Origin: Candidatus Xenobia bacterium
GTDB taxonomy: Bacteria > Vulcanimicrobiota > Xenobia > Xenobiales > QWHO01
Direction of reading: 5' to 3'
Assembly: GCA_045863235.1 (NCBI GenBank)
Contig: BTUM01000006.1
Coordinates: forward strand, 96,001-160,000
DNA length: 64,000 bases
Of this stretch, positions 29,511-39,032 are shown one piece after another. The notes under the pieces are model-generated. The model was not told where the DNA came from and did no database searches. It was given only the letters and a program-made list of their open reading frames with translations. Positions within the stretch are counted from its first letter, which is position 1, and the number at the start of each line of letters is the position of its first letter. The position numbers and the translations under genes were made by a program.

Positions 29511-31033
29511 CCCTGCCCGAGCTCAGGCGAGCCATTCGTCGCAGGTGGCTGCTCGTGCTTCTCACCATGGTGGCGGTCGAGTACCTCGTGACGATGGTTC
29601 GACCAGACCTGCTGCCGGGCCGAGCCAAGCTGGTGGTGTCTTCTTACGTGTCCAGCGCGAAACTCTTGCTGCGGCCGACATCGCCCAGGGTGACCGCCTT
29701 CGGTCGGAGCCTGGACGTGAACCCGCACGACTCGGAGACAGGCGAGCTCTGGTTTACCGACTTTCGTGGCGTGCAGGAGATTCTCGAGGATGCGGAGTTC
29801 CTGGCCAAGGTGTCTCAGGGTTGCCCCGGCTACAAGGCCGAGGACATTCGGGTGCGCGTTTTCGCCTACCCGAGCTCGATCGGATTACAGGACCTGAGCT
29901 CGATTCACGAGGAGACGGCACGAGAGGGCGCTGTGCAGGCCCTGGAGGGCTACGAGCAACAGATGGCCGAGCGTCTTGGCAAGAGGAAGCAGCGGCGGCT
30001 GCAATTGATCACTCTTTCCGTGGCTGAGACTTCCCCGGAGAAGGCGGAACGCTTGGCGCGAGTGGCCGTGGACGAGTTCCTGGTCGCGGCCCGAAAGAGG
30101 GCGGCGGGTGAGTATACCCAGCGCCGCGAGCAGCTCGAGGCGATGATGCTCCAAAACCGCCGGCAGACTGAAGCCGAGCTGAAGAAGTTCCGCCAGCTCG
30201 GAGGCGCTGTCGCGGCCGAGAATGCGGCTCTCGACGGCCCGCTGCACAAGCAGCTCATAGCGCTTGGGGCGCGCCGAGCCGCGGTGACCATAGAGCGTGC
30301 CACGCTGGCAAGCCGATTAGCGGACCTGAAGGCCTCGCAGCAGCCGAACAATACCGGGGTCTTCCCGACCTATTCCTACGTCGTCCAGAAGTCTCAAGAC
30401 CACGAACTGGAATTGCTGGCCCTGGCCAAGATTTACAAGCCAGACGACCCGATACTTGTGGATGCCCAGAACCGCCGGAACGCCTTCCAGGCGCTCATCA
30501 CGCAAGCGAGCGGAGACCTGCTGGCCTCTGAATGGAGCGAGGCAGAGAGCTCCCTACGGGGCCTGGATCGCGAGCTGGCCAGGTTGGAAGAGGAGATTGC
30601 GGCCATTCAGCGCAAGATTCCCAATGATACCCGCGCCAGCGCTCTGCGCCAGAGCGTCCTGCGGCTCAAGCTCTGGGATGCCACCCGCCTCGAGCTGATC
30701 GGCGCCACCTACCGCGCTCGGCTCCAGGAACGCCAGGCTGAAGCTCAGGGGACACTCGTCATGCTGCAGAGACCTCAGCTGGGCTCCCTGGCTGCTGGCC
30801 CCCGCGCTTCCAGCGGAGCAGCTTTGATCGCGATGCTGCCGGTAGGATTCTTCCTCGGAGTCGTGCTGGCGGGAATGGTTGAGAAATATTATCAGGTTAG
30901 CTACGCAGCGGATAAAATCGCCTCGCAGCTTGGAATCGAGCTTCTCGCAGCGGTTCCCGGGCATCCACGCGGGCGCAGCCGCTCCTGGCTTGCGTGGAAG
31001 CGAGGATTGGGAAGGAACAAGCGACCGGGGTAA
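29507..31033 (+). CDS. Polysaccharide co-polymerase #2
   Basis: ATGA overlap with the asnB stop; AIRRRW plus TM, coiled coil with YKPDDP, TM, LGIELLAAVP; visibly paralogous to 20472-21890 (AKLLLRP/AKVLLTP, WFTD). Confidence 0.8.
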   Translation: MTLPELRRAIRRRWLLVLLTMVAVEYLVTMVRPDLLPGRAKLVVSSYVSSAKLLLRPTSPRVTAFGRSLDVNPHDSETGELWFTDFRGVQEILEDAEFLAKVSQGCPGYKAEDIRVRVFAYPSSIGLQDLSSIHEETAREGAVQALEGYEQQMAERLGKRKQRRLQLITLSVAETSPEKAERLARVAVDEFLVAARKRAAGEYTQRREQLEAMMLQNRRQTEAELKKFRQLGGAVAAENAALDGPLHKQLIALGARRAAVTIERATLASRLADLKASQQPNNTGVFPTYSYVVQKSQDHELELLALAKIYKPDDPILVDAQNRRNAFQALITQASGDLLASEWSEAESSLRGLDRELARLEEEIAAIQRKIPNDTRASALRQSVLRLKLWDATRLELIGATYRARLQERQAEAQGTLVMLQRPQLGSLAAGPRASSGAALIAMLPVGFFLGVVLAGMVEKYYQVSYAADKIASQLGIELLAAVPGHPRGRSRSWLAWKRGLGRNKRPG

Positions 31034-31785
31034 GGAATCCTCAGTCTCTCATGTCCGACTGGGAAAAGCACCTCATTGTGTTGCGGGAGCCTCATTCTCC
31101 TCCGTCCGAGGCCCTGCGCAGCTTGCGCGCCCGCCTTTCGCGTAACCTGGCCTCGGGCAAACGCCGGTTGGCCATCCTCAGCAGTTGGCCCGGCGAAGGC
31201 AAGTCTCAGGTCAGCATCAATGTTGCCGCGTTGCTGGCCCAGCTCAGTTTGAAGACCGTGCTGGTCGACGGTGACCTGCGTAAACCGACCTTGACCAGTG
31301 TTTTCAGCCTGGAGGATCGCCTGGGCCTCTCAGACGTGCTTGAAGGTCGATGTACACTGGCCCAGGCCACCGTGCCGACTGGCTATGACAATCTGTTCGT
31401 CATTCCGCGGGGTCAGGCTCGGGGCAACCCCGCCAATATTCTCGGACGCGAGATCATGGGTCCGGTGTTCGACGAACTCAAAGAGTTCGGGTGCGCCCTC
31501 GTCGATACGCCCCCGCTGTCAGCCTGCGGTGACGCCCAGTTGATCGCCACCCATCTCGATGGGGCGGTGATCGTCGTGAATCCGGACAGATGGCAGGGAG
31601 AGGCCGAGAGGCGGTACCTGCGGCAAGTCCGGGAGATAGGGCTCGAGATCCTGGGTGTGGTCATCAATGGGGCCGACAACAAGCACTTTGCCCAAGGTTA
31701 CGGCTACGGTTATGGTTATGGGTATGGTTATGGGTATGGTTATGGCGACAACGGACGGTCTTCGGAAAATGGCAAGAAGGGATAG
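30994..31785 (+). CDS. CpsD/CapB-family bacterial tyrosine kinase
   Basis: EALRSLR, Walker A SSWPGEGKS, Walker A' VDGDLRKP, Walker B VDTPP, ILGVVIN, C-terminal (GY)8 tyrosine cluster. Confidence 0.93.
   Translation: MEARIGKEQATGVRNPQSLMSDWEKHLIVLREPHSPPSEALRSLRARLSRNLASGKRRLAILSSWPGEGKSQVSINVAALLAQLSLKTVLVDGDLRKPTLTSVFSLEDRLGLSDVLEGRCTLAQATVPTGYDNLFVIPRGQARGNPANILGREIMGPVFDELKEFGCALVDTPPLSACGDAQLIATHLDGAVIVVNPDRWQGEAERRYLRQVREIGLEILGVVINGADNKHFAQGYGYGYGYGYGYGYGYGDNGRSSENGKKG
31696..31746 (+). repeat. Hexamer repeat ggNtay encoding (GY)8G autophosphorylation tail
   Basis: ggttacggctacggttatggttatgggtatggttatgggtatggttatggc. Confidence 0.9.
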
Positions 31786-31789
31786 ACCC

Positions 31790-32593
31790 TCAGAGTCTGG
31801 AGGCGACGATGAGCGCCAAGTTGTCCTGGCCTCCGGGAAAGCCGCGCACTCCTCGGAGGGCGCTTTGGGTCACCTCGCGACAAACCGCCGCCGGGGAGGG
31901 CCCGGACCTCAGGGCGTTGACAAGGTCATCCGCTCCAACGGAGGTCAGGGGCGACTGGTAGTGACACTCGTTCACGCCGTCGGTAAAGGCGAGCAAGAGC
32001 TCATCTGGAGATACCTGGAAACTGAGCGCCTCGCCCCAGGTGGGCTCGCAGGGCGCGTCACCACGAAGAAACTTGTCGTTTCCCCGGGTCAGGAAGCGGG
32101 CCCCGGCAGGCCCGACCAGGCACAGGCTGGAATCACCCCAAGCCAACCCGAAGCCCTCCCCACTGCGGGGGTCAAAAACGGCCAGCAACAGGCTGGTGCC
32201 AGACCGGCCGGGCCACGGCGGCTCCGTCAGCCCGGTGGAGAGAAGCGCCAACTCACCCCTGTTGGCCGGGACCCGGGGCCAGTCTGCTACCCGCGCGAGG
32301 ATCAGGTGGCTGCTTGCCTGGCCTCGGTGGCCGTCGGCGACCGCCAGCAAGATCCTGGACTCTTCCCATCCGACCAGCAGGCCGTCCTCGTTTGGCTGAG
32401 CCCGATCGCCCTTGAAAGCGAGCGAGGGGGCGTCTGGATCGGATCCGACGCTGAGCGCGCAGGCGACCCCTTCCACCGGCTCGACCAGCGAGAATTCTCC
32501 ATAGCGGCTTTCATCCCGGCCCAGCATGACATGGGTCTTCACGCAAAGGACTTGACCACGCTTTTGCCCACCTCCTTCCGAACGGCCGGTCAT
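31790..32593 (-). CDS. PP2C/PPM-family Ser/Thr protein phosphatase
   Basis: NED, AVADGHRG, WGDSS, FTDGV, GQDNLA. True start is probably 32542 or 32527. Confidence 0.85.
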   Translation of the reverse strand: MTGRSEGGGQKRGQVLCVKTHVMLGRDESRYGEFSLVEPVEGVACALSVGSDPDAPSLAFKGDRAQPNEDGLLVGWEESRILLAVADGHRGQASSHLILARVADWPRVPANRGELALLSTGLTEPPWPGRSGTSLLLAVFDPRSGEGFGLAWGDSSLCLVGPAGARFLTRGNDKFLRGDAPCEPTWGEALSFQVSPDELLLAFTDGVNECHYQSPLTSVGADDLVNALRSGPSPAAVCREVTQSALRGVRGFPGGQDNLALIVASRL

Positions 32594-34838
32594 GGCTGAC
32601 CCCAGCTACGATACCCAGCTGACCTGGAGCCTGCGGCTCGCGCTGATCCTGGTGTTGGGTATCTCTGTGGTGGAGACGCCCGGAGTCACAGCGCCCCCGC
32701 CGGCGTTGACGCTCATGGCGGCCGCCTCGCTGACGGTCCTATCTGGCCTGGCGATGATCAGTCTGCGGCTTTGCCGGGTCAGCCTTGCCGGCTTGATTAT
32801 CGGGCTCTGCCTGGCGGGATGGTCGGCGCTTGCCTCCCGCGAATCTTACGACCCGTTCCTTTCGCAATTGGGCTTTGCCAGCTGGGTGGCGGGCGCTGGA
32901 GTCCTGTCGACAGTCCTGCTGACAGCCAGCAGCGGTCGGACAGCCTGGCGCGAGACAGCCCACGCCATACTGGCCCTGATCCTGGCCATCTCGTGCTACG
33001 GACTTCTTCTGTCTCTGCGCGGAGGAGGCTGGGCCCGGGCCACGTTCACCAACTCCGATTGCTTCTCGCTGCTGCCTTTGCTGGGTCTGCTGCTCGTGTT
33101 TGGCCTCCTGCCCCGATCCACAGGTGGCGAGCAGAGCTACCTGCTGGTCGTCAGCGGAGCTCTGGCGATCGCAGTCTTCTTGTCCGGCTCGCGGGCCGGC
33201 GCGCTTGGCCTGATGGCCGGCATCGGCTGCTACGTTCTGCTCTCGCTGGGAAGACAATGGGGAACTCATCGCATCCTGGTGGTCATGCTGATTCCTCTGT
33301 TGATGGGCGGAATGCTGGTCATTCTGATGAAGGGGCCGGCGGCTCTCTCAAAATGGACCAGCCTGGCAAGCGGCAATGACACGCTGGGGGTTACTTCCCG
33401 GCTGAGCATCGTCAAAGTGGGCGTGCCGCTGGGTCTGGAGCACCCAATCTTCGGGACCGGGCCCGGCACCTTCCACCTGGCCTATCAGTCCCGTCGGCCG
33501 CCCACCCGAGGCGAGGACTACATGAACGTCGCTCACAACGACTATGTGCAGATTCTTGTTGAGATGGGCGTTCCGGGTTTGCTCCTGTGGCTCGGGTTGG
33601 TCGGCCTGGCGGCCGGGATTGGAGTTTATGTCACCCGCCACGAGTCGAGCTCCGAGCACGCCGGAGCCACTGCCGGCATCATCGCCATGGGCGTTTACGC
33701 GCTGGGAAATTTTGCGGTGCCGGTACCGGCGGACCTCATGTTCAGCCTGGCAGTCGTAGGGCTGGCACTGACTCACACAGCCCATCCGCCATCGCGCTAT
33801 CTCCCTCAGATTGTGGTGGCCGTGGCTCTCGTTTTACTGGGAGCGAGCAGTCTTCGCACTGGCCTCGCCGTCTGGCAGAATAACCGCGCTCTGGCTCGAG
33901 CCCAGATCCTGGAGGGTCGGTTGGACTGGCCGGGCGGAATCGAGGCGCTGAACCAGGCCGGGTCCAGAGATGACATCCGCATTTTGCTCGCCCAGGCCCA
34001 CCTGTGGGAACGTCAGGGCCTTCTCACGGAAGACAGGTCCCGGCTGGATCGAGCTGGGGAGACGCTCCGTCGGGCCCGCGCCCTTAGTCCGCTCAATCTG
34101 CTGGTCATACTCCGTTTGGCTGACGTCGAGGAGGCGCGCGGCCATCTGGCGGAGGCTGCCCTTCTCCTGGAGCAGGCCAATCGCCAGGCTCCCCATACCG
34201 AGTATGTGCGACTGGCCATGATCCGCAATCAGGTCTTGCGTGGCGACCTGGCGGGAGCAGCGGAGGGATTGTCGGGCTTGACCAGTCACCCGAGCCCGGG
34301 TGCTCTGGGTGAGATCCTCGCCCTGCTCGAGCTGAGCGAGTCTGGGCGCGGCCTGGAGCTGCTCAAGAGTCGGCAACCGCTCACGCCCGGGCTGGCTCGG
34401 GCGGCCAGAAGGGCAGGCACTTTCTGCCTGGAACGAAAGGACCTTCAGGCTGCCCGGGCGTTCTTCGAGTTGGCCGCCCCCATCGATCGAGCCAGCCGGT
34501 TGGCTCTTGCCAAGCTGGAAACGGACCCTGCCAGGCGCCTGACGATGCTGGCTGAGCTCCTAAACGGCCCAGACAGCGAAGAGACGCAGGAAGCTCGCCT
34601 GCTTTGGGGGCACGAGGCCCTGACGCGGAAAGAGTTTGATCAGGTCGTTGCCGTGCTCGAGCCGGTGCTCGTGTCGGAGCCCGAGAGTGTGCGCTTACGG
34701 TTGTTGCTGTCCCAGGCCTATGTCGGTCAGAAGCGGATCAGCGAAGCATCCAGGGTTCTCGAGGATGGATTCGACTTTGATCAAGGTTCGCGGCTGCATG
34801 ACGCGCACAAGCGACTGAGCGTCACGGCCTCTCCCTGA
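32592..34838 (+). CDS. O-antigen ligase (Wzy_C) family protein with C-terminal TPR region
   Basis: Multiple TMs, ATFTNSD, SGSRAG, HPIFGTGPGTF, AHNDYVQILVEMGVPG; helical repeats after the last TM. Confidence 0.88.
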   Translation: MADPSYDTQLTWSLRLALILVLGISVVETPGVTAPPPALTLMAAASLTVLSGLAMISLRLCRVSLAGLIIGLCLAGWSALASRESYDPFLSQLGFASWVAGAGVLSTVLLTASSGRTAWRETAHAILALILAISCYGLLLSLRGGGWARATFTNSDCFSLLPLLGLLLVFGLLPRSTGGEQSYLLVVSGALAIAVFLSGSRAGALGLMAGIGCYVLLSLGRQWGTHRILVVMLIPLLMGGMLVILMKGPAALSKWTSLASGNDTLGVTSRLSIVKVGVPLGLEHPIFGTGPGTFHLAYQSRRPPTRGEDYMNVAHNDYVQILVEMGVPGLLLWLGLVGLAAGIGVYVTRHESSSEHAGATAGIIAMGVYALGNFAVPVPADLMFSLAVVGLALTHTAHPPSRYLPQIVVAVALVLLGASSLRTGLAVWQNNRALARAQILEGRLDWPGGIEALNQAGSRDDIRILLAQAHLWERQGLLTEDRSRLDRAGETLRRARALSPLNLLVILRLADVEEARGHLAEAALLLEQANRQAPHTEYVRLAMIRNQVLRGDLAGAAEGLSGLTSHPSPGALGEILALLELSESGRGLELLKSRQPLTPGLARAARRAGTFCLERKDLQAARAFFELAAPIDRASRLALAKLETDPARRLTMLAELLNGPDSEETQEARLLWGHEALTRKEFDQVVAVLEPVLVSEPESVRLRLLLSQAYVGQKRISEASRVLEDGFDFDQGSRLHDAHKRLSVTASP

Positions 34839-34841
34839 GCG

Positions 34842-35495
34842 TCAGGCTTTGAGCCCCAGTCCCGTCAGGATGCGATCCAGAGTCGAGCGGGGAGGAGGCC
34901 CGTTCAGCAGTGCGCTCTCATGGGTCACGATGACGCCCAGAATCTCGGTCCCCTGTAAAAGGAACATCCCGGGTAGATCGTCGATTCCCTTGTCTCGAAA
35001 AGCTCGCTTGGAAACGATCAAGATGACTCCATCGGCCATGGAGGCCAGAGGGAAGGCTGCGCTCGAGGCTGACAGGGCGGGGGTATCGATCAACACGAGG
35101 TCATAGTGCTCCACACAATCCCTGAAAAAAGCTCGGGCTTCCTGGCTCGGTTGCAGATTGAGCGTGTGGTCGGCCCGCTCCAGCCCCAGCAGGTCCAGGT
35201 TCGGTTGGATGGCTTGAAATAGGGGTCTTTTTCGCTGTAGGCAATCGCGAAGGGCGTAACCGCTACACTCGAAGTGGCGGCTCAGCGCCGGGCAGAGGAA
35301 ATCGCCGTCTACGAGCAGTACCTTCTGACCCGCGTTGGCCGCCATGCGGCCAAGATCGATGCAGATACTCGTCTTGCCCTCGTGGGGCCAACTGCTGGCC
35401 AGGAGGAAGGTGGTTTTCCTGTCCCGGCGCCAAGCCGCCAGACGCGGGAGCAGCGAGGCTAACTGCCAGGAAGGTTCATATTCTGTTAAATACAC
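34842..35495 (-). CDS. Second CpsD/CapB-like kinase lacking the Tyr tail
   Basis: SSWPHEGKT, LLVDGDFLCP, LIDTPAL, ADGVILIV, ILGVIV; no Tyr in the C-terminal region. Confidence 0.82.
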   Translation of the reverse strand: MYLTEYEPSWQLASLLPRLAAWRRDRKTTFLLASSWPHEGKTSICIDLGRMAANAGQKVLLVDGDFLCPALSRHFECSGYALRDCLQRKRPLFQAIQPNLDLLGLERADHTLNLQPSQEARAFFRDCVEHYDLVLIDTPALSASSAAFPLASMADGVILIVSKRAFRDKGIDDLPGMFLLQGTEILGVIVTHESALLNGPPPRSTLDRILTGLGLKA

Positions 35496-35534
35496 AGGGA
35501 AGGATTAATTTTGACCCGCTCGAAGTCCTGCCCC

Positions 35535-36359
35535 ATGTTGAACCGGATACCGCATACGCTGTTGGTCCTCTCCCTTACCCTCGGTAGCATGCCGATGGTG
35601 ATCGGCAAGCCCGACGCGCCCGAACAAGCGATTCAATTCGCACAGGTGAAGGAGGGGCCGTGGCAGGCGACGCCTGTCGAGGGCGCTAACTGGGTGCGGT
35701 GCCAGAGCGCATCAGGTGCCAGCGTGGAAGTCAGTCCGGAAGTCAAGCTCCGCCTCTCCAATGGCACGCTCGCTCGCTACTGCGCTGATGACCATGGCGG
35801 CTATCGGGTCACCGATGTTCAGGGTCGTCTTTTCGTGCGGATCGACGGCAAGGCTCCTGTAGTCGTCCAGGCCTCCGGAACGACGACGAGCGCGACCAGT
35901 GGTGAGTTCATGCTGGTCAGCAAGGACGAGAAGACCCAGTTCATGGTCTTTTCCGGCGACGCAGCCCCCGTTTCGGGCGATACCACGGTGGCAGAGGCTA
36001 CGGTCCAGGTTCCGGCCGTCACAGATAACGGTGAGTTACTGGCGGGACCGGATATTCGTGATCGCGATGACGGCACTGACGAGGGCGGTCGCGATCGTGT
36101 GCGCGGCACCAAAACGTCGACACCCCCAGCCCCGCCGCCGCCAGGTCCGGTGACGCCGCCGCCGCCCGCCATTCCGCCGGCCCCCCCGCCCAACGTGACG
36201 CAGCCCCCGCCTCCCTCGCCTCCGCAGCAGGTTGCCGATCCTGGCGGTGGGTTCGATGCCGCGTGGTTGGCGATTCCTCTGGTCGCTGGTGGTTTAGCTG
36301 CGCTTCTTGCCGGCGGCGGTGGGGACAACAACGTTCCTCTCGCTCCTGCCAGCCCCTAG
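35535..36359 (+). CDS. Exported FecR-like beta-domain protein with Pro-rich stalk and C-terminal TM anchor
   Basis: Signal-like N-terminus; LRLSNGT...QGRLFV...FMVFSG FecR-like pattern; poly-Pro linker; AWLAIPLVAGGLAALLAGGGGDNNVPLAPASP terminus. Confidence 0.65.
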   Translation: MLNRIPHTLLVLSLTLGSMPMVIGKPDAPEQAIQFAQVKEGPWQATPVEGANWVRCQSASGASVEVSPEVKLRLSNGTLARYCADDHGGYRVTDVQGRLFVRIDGKAPVVVQASGTTTSATSGEFMLVSKDEKTQFMVFSGDAAPVSGDTTVAEATVQVPAVTDNGELLAGPDIRDRDDGTDEGGRDRVRGTKTSTPPAPPPPGPVTPPPPAIPPAPPPNVTQPPPPSPPQQVADPGGGFDAAWLAIPLVAGGLAALLAGGGGDNNVPLAPASP

Positions 36360-36369
36360 CATGCCTGAC

Positions 36370-37134
36370 TCAGCGCACGGCAATCGATAGAATGTGTGAG
36401 GCGGCTTCGGCCGCCTCCTCGCGTACGCCCCGAAAGTGGGGACCACCGGAGTCAGTCACCTGTCCGAGCTGGTGGAGGGCTCTCGCCCCAAGCCGCTTGG
36501 CGGCCACGGCGTTGCGAAAGAGCTCGAGTGTGGCTTGACCGGCTGTAAGCTCTTCCAGGCGGAGTCCGGCCCCCGCTTCGAAGCGAATGGCCAGGACCGA
36601 GATGCTGGTCGCATGCTTGGACCCGGGAGGGGGCAAAGCCCAGTGTGTCCGTTCCGGGAGCCGCATCATCAGGGGTCGGGGGAACGGAAGTAAGCGTCCG
36701 TGCTCGTCGAAAACGGCGTATTCATCCGAGTAGTACTCGGCCCCGGCCTCGACCAGGGCCTTGACCAGGCTGGACTTGCCCTGGCCCGATCGGCCCGGAA
36801 TGACGATTCCCCGTCCGCGCCAGCAGACCGAGCCTGCATGCACAAAGATGAATTCGCTGCGGGTGGCCATCGTTAGATGAACGTGTCTTCCCAGGGCTTC
36901 CCCTAGAGAGTCCTCATCGGGGCCCGACAGGAGGTGCTCGCCGTCCAGCGTTGCGCAAAACATCGTTTCGCCAGGTCCAGGGCGGAGAACTCGATAGTCT
37001 TCGACCCCGGTTCGAGCTGGACGCGCTTGCCAGTCAGGCAGCATGATCCACGGGCGTATCTTTTCCAGCAGGGAGTCGCAGTCCGACCTCAAGCTCAACG
37101 CCACCCCAAACTCTTCCACGTTCACGGATCCCAC
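36370..37134 (-). CDS. HPr kinase-related P-loop kinase
   Basis: FVHAGSV...GIVIPGRSGQGKSSLV...YYSDEYAV...PFPRPL, the HprK-related signature. Confidence 0.88.
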   Translation of the reverse strand: MGSVNVEEFGVALSLRSDCDSLLEKIRPWIMLPDWQARPARTGVEDYRVLRPGPGETMFCATLDGEHLLSGPDEDSLGEALGRHVHLTMATRSEFIFVHAGSVCWRGRGIVIPGRSGQGKSSLVKALVEAGAEYYSDEYAVFDEHGRLLPFPRPLMMRLPERTHWALPPPGSKHATSISVLAIRFEAGAGLRLEELTAGQATLELFRNAVAAKRLGARALHQLGQVTDSGGPHFRGVREEAAEAASHILSIAVR

Positions 37135-37176
37135 GGAGAGAGGGTTTTGTTCGAGTTTTGCGAACTCCTGCGCACC

Positions 37177-37983
37177 ATGTCTCTAATTCCCAAACATCGT
37201 GAACGCTCATCGTGTGCTGACAAGCATGACACCCTCAAGTGGACCTGCGGATTCTCGGTTAGCGCGGAAGGATTTCGCATTCAAGTTGAGGGGATCGAGC
37301 GTGCCGCCCTGATTGGGGTAAGGACGAACGATGCGGGGCTGTTACCGGTTCTGCGCTCTTTCTTGCCTCCTCATTGGCAGGAGGTCGAGGTAGAGGAGGT
37401 GGATCTTCTCTACTCCTTCTTGGCGGGCGGCGAAGGTCAGCGCAGGGGGGTTCGCAACTACAACCTTTCCTACGTGAACTGCACCATGATGGGTCGCGAG
37501 CTGGATCCAGATCAGGCTCTCAGCGGCTTTCGCTTGCTGATGTATGTCCAGACCCTCTACAAGCTTCCGATCCTCGAGAAGTCCGTCATCGTCCGCGCCA
37601 GTCTCGCCGGCGATTCGAGACGGATCGTCGCCCTGGTGGCGGAGCAAGAGCCCGGTGAGACTTGGAAGTCGAATCTTCAGAAGACGGGTTTGAAGCCTTT
37701 GACTTGCCCCTACCTGCTCCTGGACAAGGACGGGCAGCTCGTCGAGCCTTTTGCTCGCATCATGGGACTGCCCGGCCCTTTGACGGATATCGTCTTTATC
37801 GCCTCTGAGCCCTCGAGCTTTACGCCGGGCCAGGGCGTGCTGAGCCTCTTTTCCCATTCTCTCGGGACCAGTGAGAGCGTTCACGGCCAGGAGAGACTCG
37901 GGGCGCTCGCCAAAGCGATGCAGTCGACGCGCATTCACAACGTCTCCGATCCAAAGGAGCTCGTGGGCGCCCTGGCACTTTGA
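37177..37983 (+). CDS. Degenerate HPr-kinase-like paralog (no Walker A)
   Basis: Parallels the divergent kinase along its length: IGVRTND...LPPHWQ vs LSLRSDC...LPDWQ; YLLLDKDGQLVEPFAR vs YAVFDEHGRLLPFPR; FTPGQGVLSLFSHS vs LTAGQATLELFRNA. The P-loop is replaced by VAEQEPGETW. Start estimated. Confidence 0.65.
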   Translation: MSLIPKHRERSSCADKHDTLKWTCGFSVSAEGFRIQVEGIERAALIGVRTNDAGLLPVLRSFLPPHWQEVEVEEVDLLYSFLAGGEGQRRGVRNYNLSYVNCTMMGRELDPDQALSGFRLLMYVQTLYKLPILEKSVIVRASLAGDSRRIVALVAEQEPGETWKSNLQKTGLKPLTCPYLLLDKDGQLVEPFARIMGLPGPLTDIVFIASEPSSFTPGQGVLSLFSHSLGTSESVHGQERLGALAKAMQSTRIHNVSDPKELVGALAL

Positions 37984-39032
37984 CCGGTTGCAGTCCCGCG
38001 CTCCGGCGCTTGTTCCTTGCCTACGCTCGGGACGAGCCTTTTGCCCTGGTGCCCCCCGATCATGAGAAGTTTCTGGCCGAATGTCGCTATCACGGCCTGA
38101 TGGGCTGTCTGGCCGATCTGGTCGAGCGCCATGGCCATTCGAGTCGCGAGTTTGCTTCGTTGTGCCGCGAGGCTTTCAAAGCAGAGTTCTTCAAATGGGC
38201 GCGTTACCAGGCTCTGCAAAACCAGCTGGAGGAGGCTTTGGACAGAGCCGATCTGGACGCTCTGCTGCTGAAGGGGGCGGCGCTCAGGATGACCGTCTAT
38301 CGAAGACCGGGTCTGCGTCCACTTTCCGACATCGATCTCCTCGTCCGGCCGGAAGCCTTCGATGAGACGGCGCGGGCCCTGGTGGGAATCGGACTGCTTT
38401 CCTCTCCGCACGGGAACCGGTTCTCCGACTTCCAGGGTCGGAACGTGGATTTGCACGGTCCTGAGCTTGGCCGAGTCGAGGCTGGCTGCGGGCTGCGGAG
38501 CCAGGATTTGTGGGCGGGCAGCCAGCCCGTTCCGGGCTCGCGCGTGTGGAGAGTGCTCGAGCCGCGCACGAATCTGGCGCATCTGGCCGTGCACGCGCTG
38601 AAACATTCTTACAGTCGCCTGGGATGGCTGATGGACATCGAGCTGGTGGCGCGAGAAGCAGGGGTGCGGCAAATCGAGCACGTGGCAGCCGCTCGCGCCG
38701 TTCAGTCTGCGCTCTATGTTTGTGGAGAGCTGGTGGGACGGCGTGCCGACCCCCCCGGGCGCTTCCAGGGCAGGATTCTCCTGGGAATGCTGGCGCGGGA
38801 TCTGCACCCCCTGGGCCAGATGTTGCTGGCCTGGCATCAGCCCCGCTGGCGCGACCGCTTCGATTTTCTTCGGGAGTCGGCGAGCGAAGCTCCGGCATAC
38901 GAGACCACCGATTCCGTGACCAGCCGAATGGTACGCCTGAGCATCAGGCTGGTCAGGCTTCTGGTCGAGCAAGTTCTTCCCAGGGGCAGGAAATCCATGA
39001 GTCGGGACGAAGCCCGTGCACCTGATGATTGA
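37980..39032 (+). CDS. Nucleotidyltransferase (NTP_transf_5-like)
   Basis: LLKGAAL...YRRPGLRPLSDIDLLV, VDLH, HLAVHALKH, WLMDI; TTGA overlap with the upstream stop. Confidence 0.9.
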   Translation: MTGCSPALRRLFLAYARDEPFALVPPDHEKFLAECRYHGLMGCLADLVERHGHSSREFASLCREAFKAEFFKWARYQALQNQLEEALDRADLDALLLKGAALRMTVYRRPGLRPLSDIDLLVRPEAFDETARALVGIGLLSSPHGNRFSDFQGRNVDLHGPELGRVEAGCGLRSQDLWAGSQPVPGSRVWRVLEPRTNLAHLAVHALKHSYSRLGWLMDIELVAREAGVRQIEHVAAARAVQSALYVCGELVGRRADPPGRFQGRILLGMLARDLHPLGQMLLAWHQPRWRDRFDFLRESASEAPAYETTDSVTSRMVRLSIRLVRLLVEQVLPRGRKSMSRDEARAPDD

